Source: an uncultured Dehalococcoidaceae bacterium (GTDB taxonomy: Bacteria; Chloroflexota; Dehalococcoidia; UBA2979). Taken from it: a DNA stretch of 58,457 nucleotides. A program made the position numbers and the translations under genes. The notes beneath the pieces are model-generated. The model saw only the letters and a list, made by a program, of their open reading frames with translations. It was not told where the DNA came from and did no database searches. Position 1 is the first letter of the stretch; every line of letters begins with the position of its first letter. The stretch lies in assembly GCA_964414675.1 (NCBI GenBank), contig CAYPYF010000007.1:1-58457 (forward strand), written 5' to 3'. Below are positions 36,001-44,180 of the stretch, in pieces.

Positions 36001-36854
36001 GAGTTCGGGGCGTCGCCCTGGACCACCTTGGTGACGGAGACGTCACCACAGTTGGTCACCGGCACGCCGGAGCTGTTGAGGTCGATGCGGCCGCCGTTGA
36101 GCACGTCCTGGAGGGACGCCTGGTTGCTCTGCGAAGCCGCAGTCATGATCCACAACTGCGTCGCGTTCAGACAGGTGCCAGCATCCAGGACACCAGCGGC
36201 GGTCAGGTGGATGCCAGCCTCGACGAAGGTGTTCGCCGGCATCGGCAGGCCGTCCGGACCGATGGCGCCCTGCGCGTTGGAGATCGAGGTCGCGACGGCC
36301 GAGGTCAACCCGAGGTCGATCCACGTGGCGCCGTTGTACCGCATGACGGTGGGGACAAAGGTGCTCCCTCCGTTCACGAAGTCCATGATCACCATCATGT
36401 CGCCCTCGTTGAGGACGTTCGCGTCACGGTGCAGGGCGAAGATGGCGGAGGTGTTGCCGCCCGGGTCAGTCCCCTGCTGGCTCGGCATGCGCTGCGCGGC
36501 CAGGTAGAGGTACAGGTCGTCGCCATCCGCGATCGACGTAAGCCAGGCGCCGGTCAGGTCCGCCTTGTTTGGTGCGTTCTGATCCGCCCTCGTGGGGTAC
36601 GGGAAGACTCCGAAGAGCGACGTACCCGGCTCAATGATGGTCTCCTTCACGCCATGGGCGTCCGGGAAGAAGAGGGGGGAAGCATTTCCCCAGTCGTAGG
36701 CCTGAAGGCCGCCGTCCAGGGGATAGTTCCCGTCCAGCTCAAACTGATCTGCGGGGTCACCCGCCCTCACAGTGCTCACGATGGCAAACGCCAACGCGAG
36801 CACGAGGACGGGCAGAATGAGATAGGGCTTGAGCCCCACCTTCCTGCGAGTCAT
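33069..36854 (-). CDS. Large LPxTG-anchored Ig-like repeat surface protein (six tandem DUF11/DUF7507-like repeats plus a DUF11 domain)
   Basis: Signal peptide, ELDGN head domain, six ~112-aa repeats, P/PT linker, DUF11, then LPPTG + TM + NRERFR. GGAAGG RBS before ATG 36854. Confidence 0.88.
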   Translation of the reverse strand: MTRRKVGLKPYLILPVLVLALAFAIVSTVRAGDPADQFELDGNYPLDGGLQAYDWGNASPLFFPDAHGVKETIIEPGTSLFGVFPYPTRADQNAPNKADLTGAWLTSIADGDDLYLYLAAQRMPSQQGTDPGGNTSAIFALHRDANVLNEGDMMVIMDFVNGGSTFVPTVMRYNGATWIDLGLTSAVATSISNAQGAIGPDGLPMPANTFVEAGIHLTAAGVLDAGTCLNATQLWIMTAASQSNQASLQDVLNGGRIDLNSSGVPVTNCGDVSVTKVVQGDAPNSTWEISITPNVDNFTSEVIGHGQTTTDVQINPNTPVTVTETSVQGLEFTASWSCSDGTSGDGASFQVTAGPFEHIDCTITNVVDELPAVTVTKTAGSATVPQTGGNVTYTFVVTNSGGVPVEITGLDDDQFGALAGDADCAVGTSLAAGASCEFDATFPLAPAAPGATHTNVFTATVEDDQENPASDTDDATVTYTDILPEVSVTKVASPDEVLETGGDVTFTFTVTNTGTVPATIISLQDDKLGTLSGDAGCEVGTVLAAGASCAFEETVAIPSGSLGQSHVNVFTATVEDDDGNEDSDSAEETVTYTDVPPMVNVTKTANPTSIPQTGGDVTFTYVVENNGDVSATITLLTDDKFGALAGDADCHVGTVLAAGASCQFAAVFAVPAGPVDGSHVNVFTATLTDGDQNEDSDTDDAEVSYSNVLPAITVTKTANPTSVAETGGNVTFTFTVANTGNKTVTILTMEDDKFGAVGSGLCQPGTVLSPGASCSYLPLLPVPAGVAGGSHVNTFTATAVDADQNEVSDSDDAVVTYTDVLPQVTVSKSANPNTVVQSGDDVTFTFTVTNSGTVSAEIISLVDDTFGALVGDADCEVGTVLGVGASCGFEATFAIPAGLPGDTHVNVFTATVEDIDGNEASDDDDATVTYTDVPATITMTKTPSPSSVTAPGANVTYTVVITNTSDVDTVVITSLVDDKFGDLDGKGTCSVDQTLDPGESYNCAFTGNVSGSAGTTHVNVVTADGYSMDNEQPVSADATATVTITATPPPPPPPPGPTPTPTPTPTPPVEVLGSTAQIDKVLTSADPAVVGEQVTFRVRLTITGDTDVTQVVLVDTFENEYLEFVSSSGLCTLVANFPDAAHSSVGCEVGTVSPGTADAPGTEVVEYNLVFRALKSTLPDRTVNEVTATLDLDGDGPGAPAQIGPAADDVEIIEIIGVQLPPTGDGSTQDSRNSLLILAVLFGAVSLGSVGAVAWNRERFR

Positions 36855-37024
36855 CCGTTGCACCTTCCACGCGAAGGCGGAGCCGCGCGCACTCGCGCGC
36901 GGTATTCGCCTTCGCGTGGTTCATGGCTTTGACGTGCATCGGCGGTTGCGTATGAACCGATGTGAGTGCGTCAGGGAGTGCAGGAGGAAGTAAGAGAGTT
37001 CAGACGTTCCAGACCCGGCAGAGC

Positions 37025-37174
37025 TCAGTCTTCGACCGGAGCCTTCGGCTGGGCAGCCCTGAACGAGGCCAGAAGGTTCACGACGTCCATGAGTTCCCGC
37101 ATCCGGCGAGGGACGTCCGCACGCTCGAGCGGCAGCCCGGCCAGGACGCCGTCCACCAGGGCATCAAGGCGCAT
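37025..37174 (-). CDS. Small hypothetical protein (49 aa, or 71 aa from the ATGA-coupled start at 37240)
   Basis: GAGGA RBS before ATG 37174. Amphipathic helices RLDALVDGVLAG...RELMDVVNLLAS. Confidence 0.5.
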   Translation of the reverse strand: MRLDALVDGVLAGLPLERADVPRRMRELMDVVNLLASFRAAQPKAPVED

Positions 37175-37236
37175 GGCGTCCTCGACGTTGCGGTGTCGCA
37201 CTCCCGACCGAGGCACCCGACATCCCGTGGTCGAGG

Positions 37237-37971
37237 TCATGAGCGGACGGCCCCCACGTCCAGGACCGCCCGCACGACGACGCGCTGCTCATAGTCCCGG
37301 GTGGTGCGGTTGAATGTGCCACCACAGGTGATCAGCGTCAGCGTTGCGGCGCCCTCACGAGAGCCAACGATCGATGTGACATCGGCCGTGGCGAGGTCCA
37401 CCAACTCGACCGATTGCACGAGGTAGGTGAAGTGTTCGCCGGCGGGCGAGGTGACGGTGATCTCCGTCCCTGGCATCACCCCGTCCAGTCGGCTGAAGAC
37501 GCCCTGCTCGCCTCGCCAGTTCACGTGGGCCGCCAGGACAGCGTTCCCCTCCCGGCCGGGGACCGCGGTGAAGTCGTACCAGGCGACCGTCCGATGATCT
37601 GCGGGAACCTCCATGACTCCGGTCGGACTGAGTCCGAAGGTCGCCGTCGCCGCACGGACAGAGATGTCCGGGATCTCCAGCAGCCAACCCGCGGCATCCC
37701 CGGGCTCGATCGCCGGGGGCGTCGGGAGGACGGGGGTCGCCGTCGGGGAGGGCCGGTCAGCAGCAGCCTCGCCCGTAGTGGCCGTAGCGCCCCGCGTATC
37801 GGCCTCGACGGAGGCGACGAGCGGCGCCTCCACCTGCGTCGTCGGGACGGCGATCCGAAGTCCCGGCTCGGTCGGGGAGCCTCCACAGGCGACCACTGAG
37901 CAGATGGCAAAGGTCAGGGCGCCCCAGCGGACACCCCGTAACCACCCAATCCGACGCGCGACTCGAAACAT
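37237..37971 (-). CDS. Class F sortase, probably a lipoprotein
   Basis: VLAAHVNW (His), LTLITCGG (Cys), YEQRVVVRA (Arg), VAWY...PG..GNAVL class F signature, VVACGG lipobox-like. Confidence 0.9.
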   Translation of the reverse strand: MFRVARRIGWLRGVRWGALTFAICSVVACGGSPTEPGLRIAVPTTQVEAPLVASVEADTRGATATTGEAAADRPSPTATPVLPTPPAIEPGDAAGWLLEIPDISVRAATATFGLSPTGVMEVPADHRTVAWYDFTAVPGREGNAVLAAHVNWRGEQGVFSRLDGVMPGTEITVTSPAGEHFTYLVQSVELVDLATADVTSIVGSREGAATLTLITCGGTFNRTTRDYEQRVVVRAVLDVGAVRS

Positions 37972-38103
37972 CAGGGTTTTCCCCACCTCAAGCGCGGGGA
38001 TCCCCTATCAGGGCTCAACCCCCATCCGACCCAGACTCGCTGCATGTCAACGATGCCTACCCCCTTCATGGGGACGTCCAGCGGGCTTGTTTCATCAAAA
38101 CGG

Positions 38104-39036
38104 ATGCGCACCGCTCTTACGGTTGGCGTCGCGTCCGTTGCACTCGGGCTCGTCGGGACGGGAACCTACGCGCTCGCCAGCCACGACTCGGCGCCAGTCG
38201 AGGCTCCGGTGAGGGCACCGGCGCGTGTCGTGATCGACTCGCCGTCCTCGATCGAGATCGACTCCAGCGAGCGTGCGCTGAGCAGCCACCCCGCGATCGG
38301 CGATCGCCCGGCTTCGCCCGCCACTGACCTCAACGCCGGCCTCGTGGCGGGCAGCGAGGTCGCGGCGCTCGATGCAGCTCGCATCCGGTCGTCCGCCCCC
38401 GCGATCATCGCAACACAGTCGGCAGAGCTCGAGGCCGCGCCGGCCGCCATCCGCACGGCCACGCCGGCCGCCGCCGGCCCCGCGAGACAGGTCGCCTCCG
38501 CAGCGCCGGCCGAACGCAACGCATCCGGAGGCCCTGCGGCTGCCACACCCGCGACCACCGGCCCTCCAGCACCGGTCGTGGCGGCAACCCCCGCCCCCGT
38601 CGTGGCGGTAACGCCTGCACCTGCGGCCAGCAGCACCCTGAACGCTCGAGGACAGGCGTTCCTCGCCTCGTTGAACGAGGAGCGAGTAGCGGCGGGGCTC
38701 CCTGCGTTCACGGCAGCAGCCGACCTGAACGCCGTGGCCAGCACTCGCGCGTGGGACATGGTGTCGAACGGGTACTTCGCACATGTCAGCCCGACGGGGA
38801 CCTCGTGGCTCACGGTCCTGCAGGACCAGGGTGTGCGCGTCCGAGGCGGCGGCGAGAACCTCGCCCGTGTCTCGGGGGATCCTCAGCGGTCCGTGGGCAT
38901 CGCCGTCGAGCACCTCATGGAGAGCCCCACGCACCGTGCGAACATCCTGGCGCAGGCCTTCGACGAGGTTGGCATCGCAGCGGTTACGACCGACGACGGC
39001 GTGACGGTCTTCGTGACGATCTTCGCAACGCGCTAG
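38104..39036 (+). CDS. Second secreted CAP (SCP-like) domain protein
   Basis: Hydrophobic N-terminus, Pro/Ala linker. LNEERVAAGL, YFAHVSPTG, GENLA, MESPTHRANIL..FDEVGI. Confidence 0.88.
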   Translation: MRTALTVGVASVALGLVGTGTYALASHDSAPVEAPVRAPARVVIDSPSSIEIDSSERALSSHPAIGDRPASPATDLNAGLVAGSEVAALDAARIRSSAPAIIATQSAELEAAPAAIRTATPAAAGPARQVASAAPAERNASGGPAAATPATTGPPAPVVAATPAPVVAVTPAPAASSTLNARGQAFLASLNEERVAAGLPAFTAAADLNAVASTRAWDMVSNGYFAHVSPTGTSWLTVLQDQGVRVRGGGENLARVSGDPQRSVGIAVEHLMESPTHRANILAQAFDEVGIAAVTTDDGVTVFVTIFATR

Positions 39037-39197
39037 GACGCCCCTCCGCGGTCTGGTGCGAGAACCTCAGCCACCGCCCGACGAGCCAACCGCCGCGACC
39101 GTCGAGGTCGATCGGACGTTGTGTAGTTCTGGGCGGGCGCGCGAGCAGGGCCCCATACGCAGCAGGGCAGTACGGGACCGGAGATCAGGTGTGGTCT

Positions 39198-39587
39198 CTA
39201 GACGCCTGCGGTGTAGCGGAGAGGCAGGGCGCGACGGTGCGTGGCCCGTTCAACGAACGCGGCGACGAGGTCCGCGGGGGCGGGCCAGGCGATGACGTAC
39301 TCGAACCCGTACTCCTCGATCAGTCGCGCACGTTCCGCTGTGCTCAGCGGGACGTGCGAGAGGAGCACCTTCGGCGCTGACACGCGTTCGAGGTCTTCGC
39401 GGAAGAAATCGAGGAGAGCGGCGTCATAGAAGAGGACGACGACATCAGCCCAGGCGATCGACGCACGATCGTGCACGACGTGATCGAGGCGGTCAGACCA
39501 GGCGCTGAGTCGACGCTCGCGGAGGGCGCGGACAACTGCCGATGCGGAGCCCTCGGGGCCAGCTACCAGGACGTTGTAGTCGCGCAT
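39198..39587 (-). CDS. Highly degenerate stand-alone receiver-like protein
   Basis: GAGGAG RBS. Beta/alpha pattern VLVAG...ADVVVLF...PKVLLS...YGFEYVIAWP. No Asp or Lys at the canonical sites. Confidence 0.55.
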   Translation of the reverse strand: MRDYNVLVAGPEGSASAVVRALRERRLSAWSDRLDHVVHDRASIAWADVVVLFYDAALLDFFREDLERVSAPKVLLSHVPLSTAERARLIEEYGFEYVIAWPAPADLVAAFVERATHRRALPLRYTAGV

Positions 39588-39778
39588 CACATCTCCTCTG
39601 AGGAGAGTGCGCTTCGTCGCCGGGGCACGGGATCGGGGAACACCCCTATCTTGCGCTGCTTCGCGCGAGAGACCGTTTTCTTATGGTGTTGCGAGACGCC
39701 GAAACCTCCGATGATTCCAGTGGCTGTTAAAATCGGCCCCCAACTGAGGTAGACCCTCTTCGTTCGAGGTATGGATCA

Positions 39779-40498
39779 ATGCTCCCCAGCACCGAAGATC
39801 CGGCGACGACATCCGTCCCTGTCCGTGTGGGTGTGAGCTCTCCGGACGACGACCTGGTGCGTATTCTTGCAGAGGAGTTCGAGGCGGAGGAGGTGTCCCT
39901 GCGGACCGCCCTCGCGGCGCCGGAACAGCTCCACCTGGATGTCCTGCTGATCGACGCTCGACATCGGAGCCAGCTCGTCCCCACGGCACGGCTCGTCACG
40001 GAGGGCACGTTCTCCGTAGTGGTGATGGCGCGCCCTCAGGACTCGGTCGAGGCGATGAAGTACCTGGACGTGGGCGCGCTGGACGTGATCTGGAGCGGCG
40101 CCGCAGCATCCGAGATCGGCGCCCGTATCCGTTCCGCAGCCCGTTACGCCGAATCGATCGAGGTCGAGTGGTTGACCGTCGGAGACCTCGCGATCTCCAC
40201 GAAGCGACACGAGATCAGGCGCGCCGGACAGAGCATCCGGCTGACGCCCACGGAATTTCGCCTGGTGGAAGCGCTGGTGGAGGCGGCCGGTGAGACGGTC
40301 ACCCACCGGAGCATCACCTACCAGGTGTGGGGGACCACGGACGACGCCACGCGGCACCAGTTGCGCGTGTACGTCCGCCAGCTCCGCGAGAAGATCGAAC
40401 CCGACCCGGCGCACCCGACCGTGATCGTGACCGAGCCGGGAGTGGGCTACCGCCTCGACGGGTTGGGTCGTCCCGGGAGCCGCCGCGTCGCGAGTTAG
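39779..40498 (+). CDS. OmpR/KdpE-like response regulator, degenerate receiver
   Basis: wHTH LRVYVRQLREKIEPDPAHP.VIVTEPGVGYRL. The receiver lacks the acidic pocket, Thr and Lys. Confidence 0.88.
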   Translation: MLPSTEDPATTSVPVRVGVSSPDDDLVRILAEEFEAEEVSLRTALAAPEQLHLDVLLIDARHRSQLVPTARLVTEGTFSVVVMARPQDSVEAMKYLDVGALDVIWSGAAASEIGARIRSAARYAESIEVEWLTVGDLAISTKRHEIRRAGQSIRLTPTEFRLVEALVEAAGETVTHRSITYQVWGTTDDATRHQLRVYVRQLREKIEPDPAHPTVIVTEPGVGYRLDGLGRPGSRRVAS

Positions 40499-40542
40499 TC
40501 CTGTGTCACGGCGTGAGCCTGAGCCCGACGGCAGGTCTTGCG

Positions 40543-41289
40543 CTACTCGGCATTGACCGCGAGCGGTTCGCGGCTCCCACCCGAGTCGACGATGGGCAGG
40601 CGCGCCAGTCGGTAGCCGACGCCCCAGTCGTTCAGGATGTACTGCGGCTGCGCCGGCTGATCCTCGAACTTGGCACGCAGGTATCCGACATAGACACGCA
40701 GGTAGTGCGTGTCGTTGACGTACTGATCTCCCCAGACCGTGCTGAGCAGGTAGCGGTGGGGGGCGGTCTCCCCGAGTCGGGATCCGAGCGCCTCGAGCAG
40801 GCGGTACTCAGTCCGCGGGAGCTGGACGGGACGCCCTCGGTGGCGAACGACCTGGGCGTCGCGGTCGATTTCTATCGCGCCGGTGCGGATCAGCTGTCGC
40901 GCGCCCCCGAAGGCCGTGTCTGCGCGACGTTCGTAGCGTCGCACGGCGGCGCGGAGGCGGGCACGAAGCTCGGCGGACCCGGTCGCCTTCGGGACGACAT
41001 CGTCTGCGCCGGCATCAAGTGCGCGGACGACCGCGTCGGAGTCGTGGTTCGCGAGGAGCGCCACGATCGGGACATCGCATGCAGCGCGCAGGATCCGGAT
41101 GAGTTCGGCGCCGCCGACGTCGCCCGAGCCCAGGTCGATCACCGCGGCGTCCGGGCGGGCATCGAATGCGATCCGCAGACCCTCAAGCCCATCCTCGGCA
41201 GACAGGACTTCGAAGCCGTCTGCCCGAAGGAAGCGCTCCAGTCGTAGTCGTGACTGCTCGTCGCCGTCTACCAGTGCGATCGTCGCCAT
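40543..41289 (-). CDS. OmpR/KdpE-like response regulator, atypical receiver
   Basis: Paralog of 9374..10141 (shared LIRILRAACDVPIV). wHTH HYLRVYVGYLRAKFE...DWGVGYRL. Switch Thr absent. Confidence 0.9.
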   Translation of the reverse strand: MATIALVDGDEQSRLRLERFLRADGFEVLSAEDGLEGLRIAFDARPDAAVIDLGSGDVGGAELIRILRAACDVPIVALLANHDSDAVVRALDAGADDVVPKATGSAELRARLRAAVRRYERRADTAFGGARQLIRTGAIEIDRDAQVVRHRGRPVQLPRTEYRLLEALGSRLGETAPHRYLLSTVWGDQYVNDTHYLRVYVGYLRAKFEDQPAQPQYILNDWGVGYRLARLPIVDSGGSREPLAVNAE

Positions 41290-41404
41290 GAGTCCCTCGA
41301 GCCGTGAACATTGCCGCTACCCAGTGAATCGGCCCGAGCGATGCATTTGTTACGGAGGATCCGGACGGCACGAAAGGACGGGATGCGCCGGGCGCGGACT
41401 GACC

Positions 41405-42175
41405 TCAGCTGGAGGGGCTAGCACCGTCGCGGAGCCGGGCGACGCGCCCGCCCTGTTCCGAAGACGATCCGTCATCGACGGCATCGAGCACGACGAGGCG
41501 GTAGCCGACGCCCCACTCGCTTCGGATGTATCGGGGCGCGTGCGGATCGTCTTCCAGCTTCGAGCGCAGGTACCCGACATACACACGCAAGTAGTGCACA
41601 TCGTCGACGTACTCGTTGCCCCAGACCGCGGACAGGAGGAACCGATGGGGTGCGACCTGGCCCGCACGCGACGCGAGTGCGTCCAGCAGGCGGTACTCGG
41701 TGCGTGAGAGAGAGACCCGGACCCCCGCCTTGGTCACAGTCTGTGCAGAGCGGTCGATGGCAATGTCCCCCGTCTGGACGACGGGTGGGGACACGGCGGC
41801 GGCCTGAGTGACGCGCTGGCTCCGACGGATCGCAGCCTTCACCCGGGCGAGGATCTCGGACGGTGGTGTCGAGGGGCGTATGACATCGTCGGCGCCGAGG
41901 TCGAGCACCGCGACGCCGCGCGCCTGGTCCGCGATGCCGAGCACCGCCACGATCGCGAGGGGCGACGCCGCGCGGAGCATGCGCACCAGCTCCAGGCCGT
42001 CGACCTCATCGATGGTCAGGTCGATGAGGACGGCGTCGGGCGAGGCCTGAAACACGGCGCGAAACGCCTCGAGCCCGTCGACCGCCACCAGGCTCGCGAG
42101 CCCGTCGTCGTGCAGCAGTGAGACGAGGTTCTCACGGAGGCGGGCGTCCGAGCTCGCAACCAGGACGAGCGTCAT
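41405..42175 (-). CDS. OmpR/KdpE-like response regulator, degenerate receiver
   Basis: VLVASSD (acidic pocket lost), VIRPS (Lys lost). wHTH HYLRVYVGYLRSKLE...EWGVGYRL. Confidence 0.9.
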   Translation of the reverse strand: MTLVLVASSDARLRENLVSLLHDDGLASLVAVDGLEAFRAVFQASPDAVLIDLTIDEVDGLELVRMLRAASPLAIVAVLGIADQARGVAVLDLGADDVIRPSTPPSEILARVKAAIRRSQRVTQAAAVSPPVVQTGDIAIDRSAQTVTKAGVRVSLSRTEYRLLDALASRAGQVAPHRFLLSAVWGNEYVDDVHYLRVYVGYLRSKLEDDPHAPRYIRSEWGVGYRLVVLDAVDDGSSSEQGGRVARLRDGASPSS

Positions 42176-42355
42176 GAATTCCAGCTGTCAGGTGGCGCCC
42201 ACGGGCATGGCTGCTTCCGTACATCCCTCTTATCGACGCTCTAACTGACCGTGTTACGAGGCCGTTGCCGACTCATACAAACCCTGACCCTCTTCATATG
42301 GGAAGTCAGCGCGTTCCTATGCGGCCGACACAGTCCGGGTGGTGTCCTAGCCACG

Positions 42356-43225
42356 ATGAACGAGACACGCCTGTTCGCTCGCGCCGCACCGGACCCTCGG
42401 GAACTCCCGACGACGGTTGCTGCTGCCATCGACCAGAGCGACCTGCTGGCGTTCATCGTGGACGAAGCCGGGAACGTGAGTGGAGTGTCCGGCGGCTTCA
42501 CGCCGATCGACGCCCGGGGCGGAACGCTCCTCGAGGCGCTCGGTAGCGAGGCGCTGAACACCGCGTTGATGGACGCGTTCGTGGGCGCCATCGCGCTTGG
42601 CGCGACGGCGACGGCGATGTTCTCGCTGGGCGGCGTGAGATGCCAGGCGCTCTGCTGCCCGCTCGCAGGGGCACCCGTCCGTGCGCTGGTCGTGATCGCG
42701 CCCGACTACACCGCATCGGGAAGTGACGTGACCCCGGCCCGCGTCGGCGGCGGAACGGATGTCGCCGCAGCGCTGGTCGACTGGCGAGACCCGCTGGCCC
42801 TCCTGCCCGGCGGGAAGGAGCTCTTCATCTGGACCGGAAGCGCGCCGCTGACCGTCGCCTGCACCCGGGAGGCGATCCTGCGGATCCTGGACCAGATGCT
42901 TGAGGCCCCCCTGGCTGCGCATGACCTCGGCGGCACGTCTGTCCTGACCGCCCGTCAGGTGATGGATGGCGAGGAGCCGGAAGTCGAACTGCGGATGCGG
43001 ACGTACACAGAGCCGGTCGCCGACTCAATCGTGCGTGCCCTTGAGGCGATCTACGCGGAGCTCGGCGCAGCCTGCGGGATCCCGATCTTCCTCGATGCTG
43101 ATGAGCGCCGTCTCGATGTCGTCGCACGCCTGCCGATCCGGCGTCGGCTGGAACGGGTCGTTGCCTCGCGCGATTCAGTCGACCCGGATGCGCAGCTCTT
43201 GCGCCCGATCCGTCTCGCTCGCTGA
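42356..43225 (+). CDS. PAS-like domain + degenerate histidine-kinase ATPase-like domain (putative pseudokinase)
   Basis: LAFIVDEAGNV PAS-like start. ILRILDQMLEA sits at the N-box position and LDVVARLP is a terminal-strand match. No H-box or G boxes. Confidence 0.45.
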   Translation: MNETRLFARAAPDPRELPTTVAAAIDQSDLLAFIVDEAGNVSGVSGGFTPIDARGGTLLEALGSEALNTALMDAFVGAIALGATATAMFSLGGVRCQALCCPLAGAPVRALVVIAPDYTASGSDVTPARVGGGTDVAAALVDWRDPLALLPGGKELFIWTGSAPLTVACTREAILRILDQMLEAPLAAHDLGGTSVLTARQVMDGEEPEVELRMRTYTEPVADSIVRALEAIYAELGAACGIPIFLDADERRLDVVARLPIRRRLERVVASRDSVDPDAQLLRPIRLAR

Positions 43226-43531
43226 CGCCACGGTGACCTCAGGCGACGACGTCTGCGGATCGCTGATCTTCGTCGTCGGCGCGGCGAAGCCGCGAGATAT
43301 GACGGATCAACTCAAGCCGGAGACGGGCGCGTCTCGCCTTGGGCAGCGGGGGAACCGTCGCGGCTTCACCCAGAAGCTCGGCGAGCGGGAGGTATCCGCC
43401 GGCCGGGCGCGAACGTTGGCTGTTCATGGCGCTCGAGGGCCGATTCGGCTCAGGCATGTACACAGCATAGCAAATCTCACGTCAACCGGCACCTCCCGAG
43501 GACATCTGACAACGTGTGCACCGGCAGTGGC

Positions 43532-43846
43532 ATGACGACCAGGCGTTGCCAGAACTGCGACTCGACCTTCACCGACCGCGGAGGCGATCACCGTTACTGT
43601 TCCGGCCACTGCAAGCAGGCCGCCCGCCGTCAGCGCCGGGCGCCCGGTGCTACGGGCGAGGCCGCCCCGGTGGAAGCGCGGGCCACAGCCACCTCATCGA
43701 CCCCGGCCCCATCCGCGTACCCCGCGCACCATGCGAACGCGGCCCGACTGTGCCCGGGCGGCACCGTCACGAGCAGGCACTTCATCCCCCTGGGTGCGTC
43801 TCGCTGCGGAATGTGCGGCTGGGTGGAAGGAGCCCTGATCTCCTAG
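43532..43846 (+). CDS. Small Cys-rich putative zinc-binding protein
   Basis: CQNC...YCSGHCKQAARRQR and a C-terminal C..H...CGMC. Confidence 0.6.
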   Translation: MTTRRCQNCDSTFTDRGGDHRYCSGHCKQAARRQRRAPGATGEAAPVEARATATSSTPAPSAYPAHHANAARLCPGGTVTSRHFIPLGASRCGMCGWVEGALIS

Positions 43847-44180
43847 CACGGGACGTGGACTACGGAACGACCCGTGGTGAGGTGGACATGGACACCCTGC
43901 GGGGGCGCAGGCCCTGCCCGATCGAGAAGACGCCACCTCGTCCACATAACCCTTACCTCTGCCAGCGCCAGCGCGGACGAGCCACCCTCCCGCGCCGCTT
44001 CGAGGCCGGCCCAAGAGCTGTCTGCCCGTCATCCCTCTCGGCGCCGCTCCACACCCGGTTTTCGATGCTTCCGCGAGACAACCGCCCGGTTATTAGCGCG
44101 GGTGGCCTCTTCGCGCGCGCAGACTGGCGGTACGTCCATTCTGCACACTGCCCCACCGGACGAGGAAAAAGCGAGGAATC

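Noticed and set aside
9374-42175. Calling the regulators kdpE
   Set aside because: No kdpD or kdpFABC is nearby, there are five paralogs, and the receivers are degenerate. The similarity is to the family only.
1-43900. Island as a prophage, ICE or transposon
   Set aside because: No integrase, transposase, relaxase, phage genes, tRNA target or flanking att repeats were seen, and overall GC is similar to the housekeeping part.
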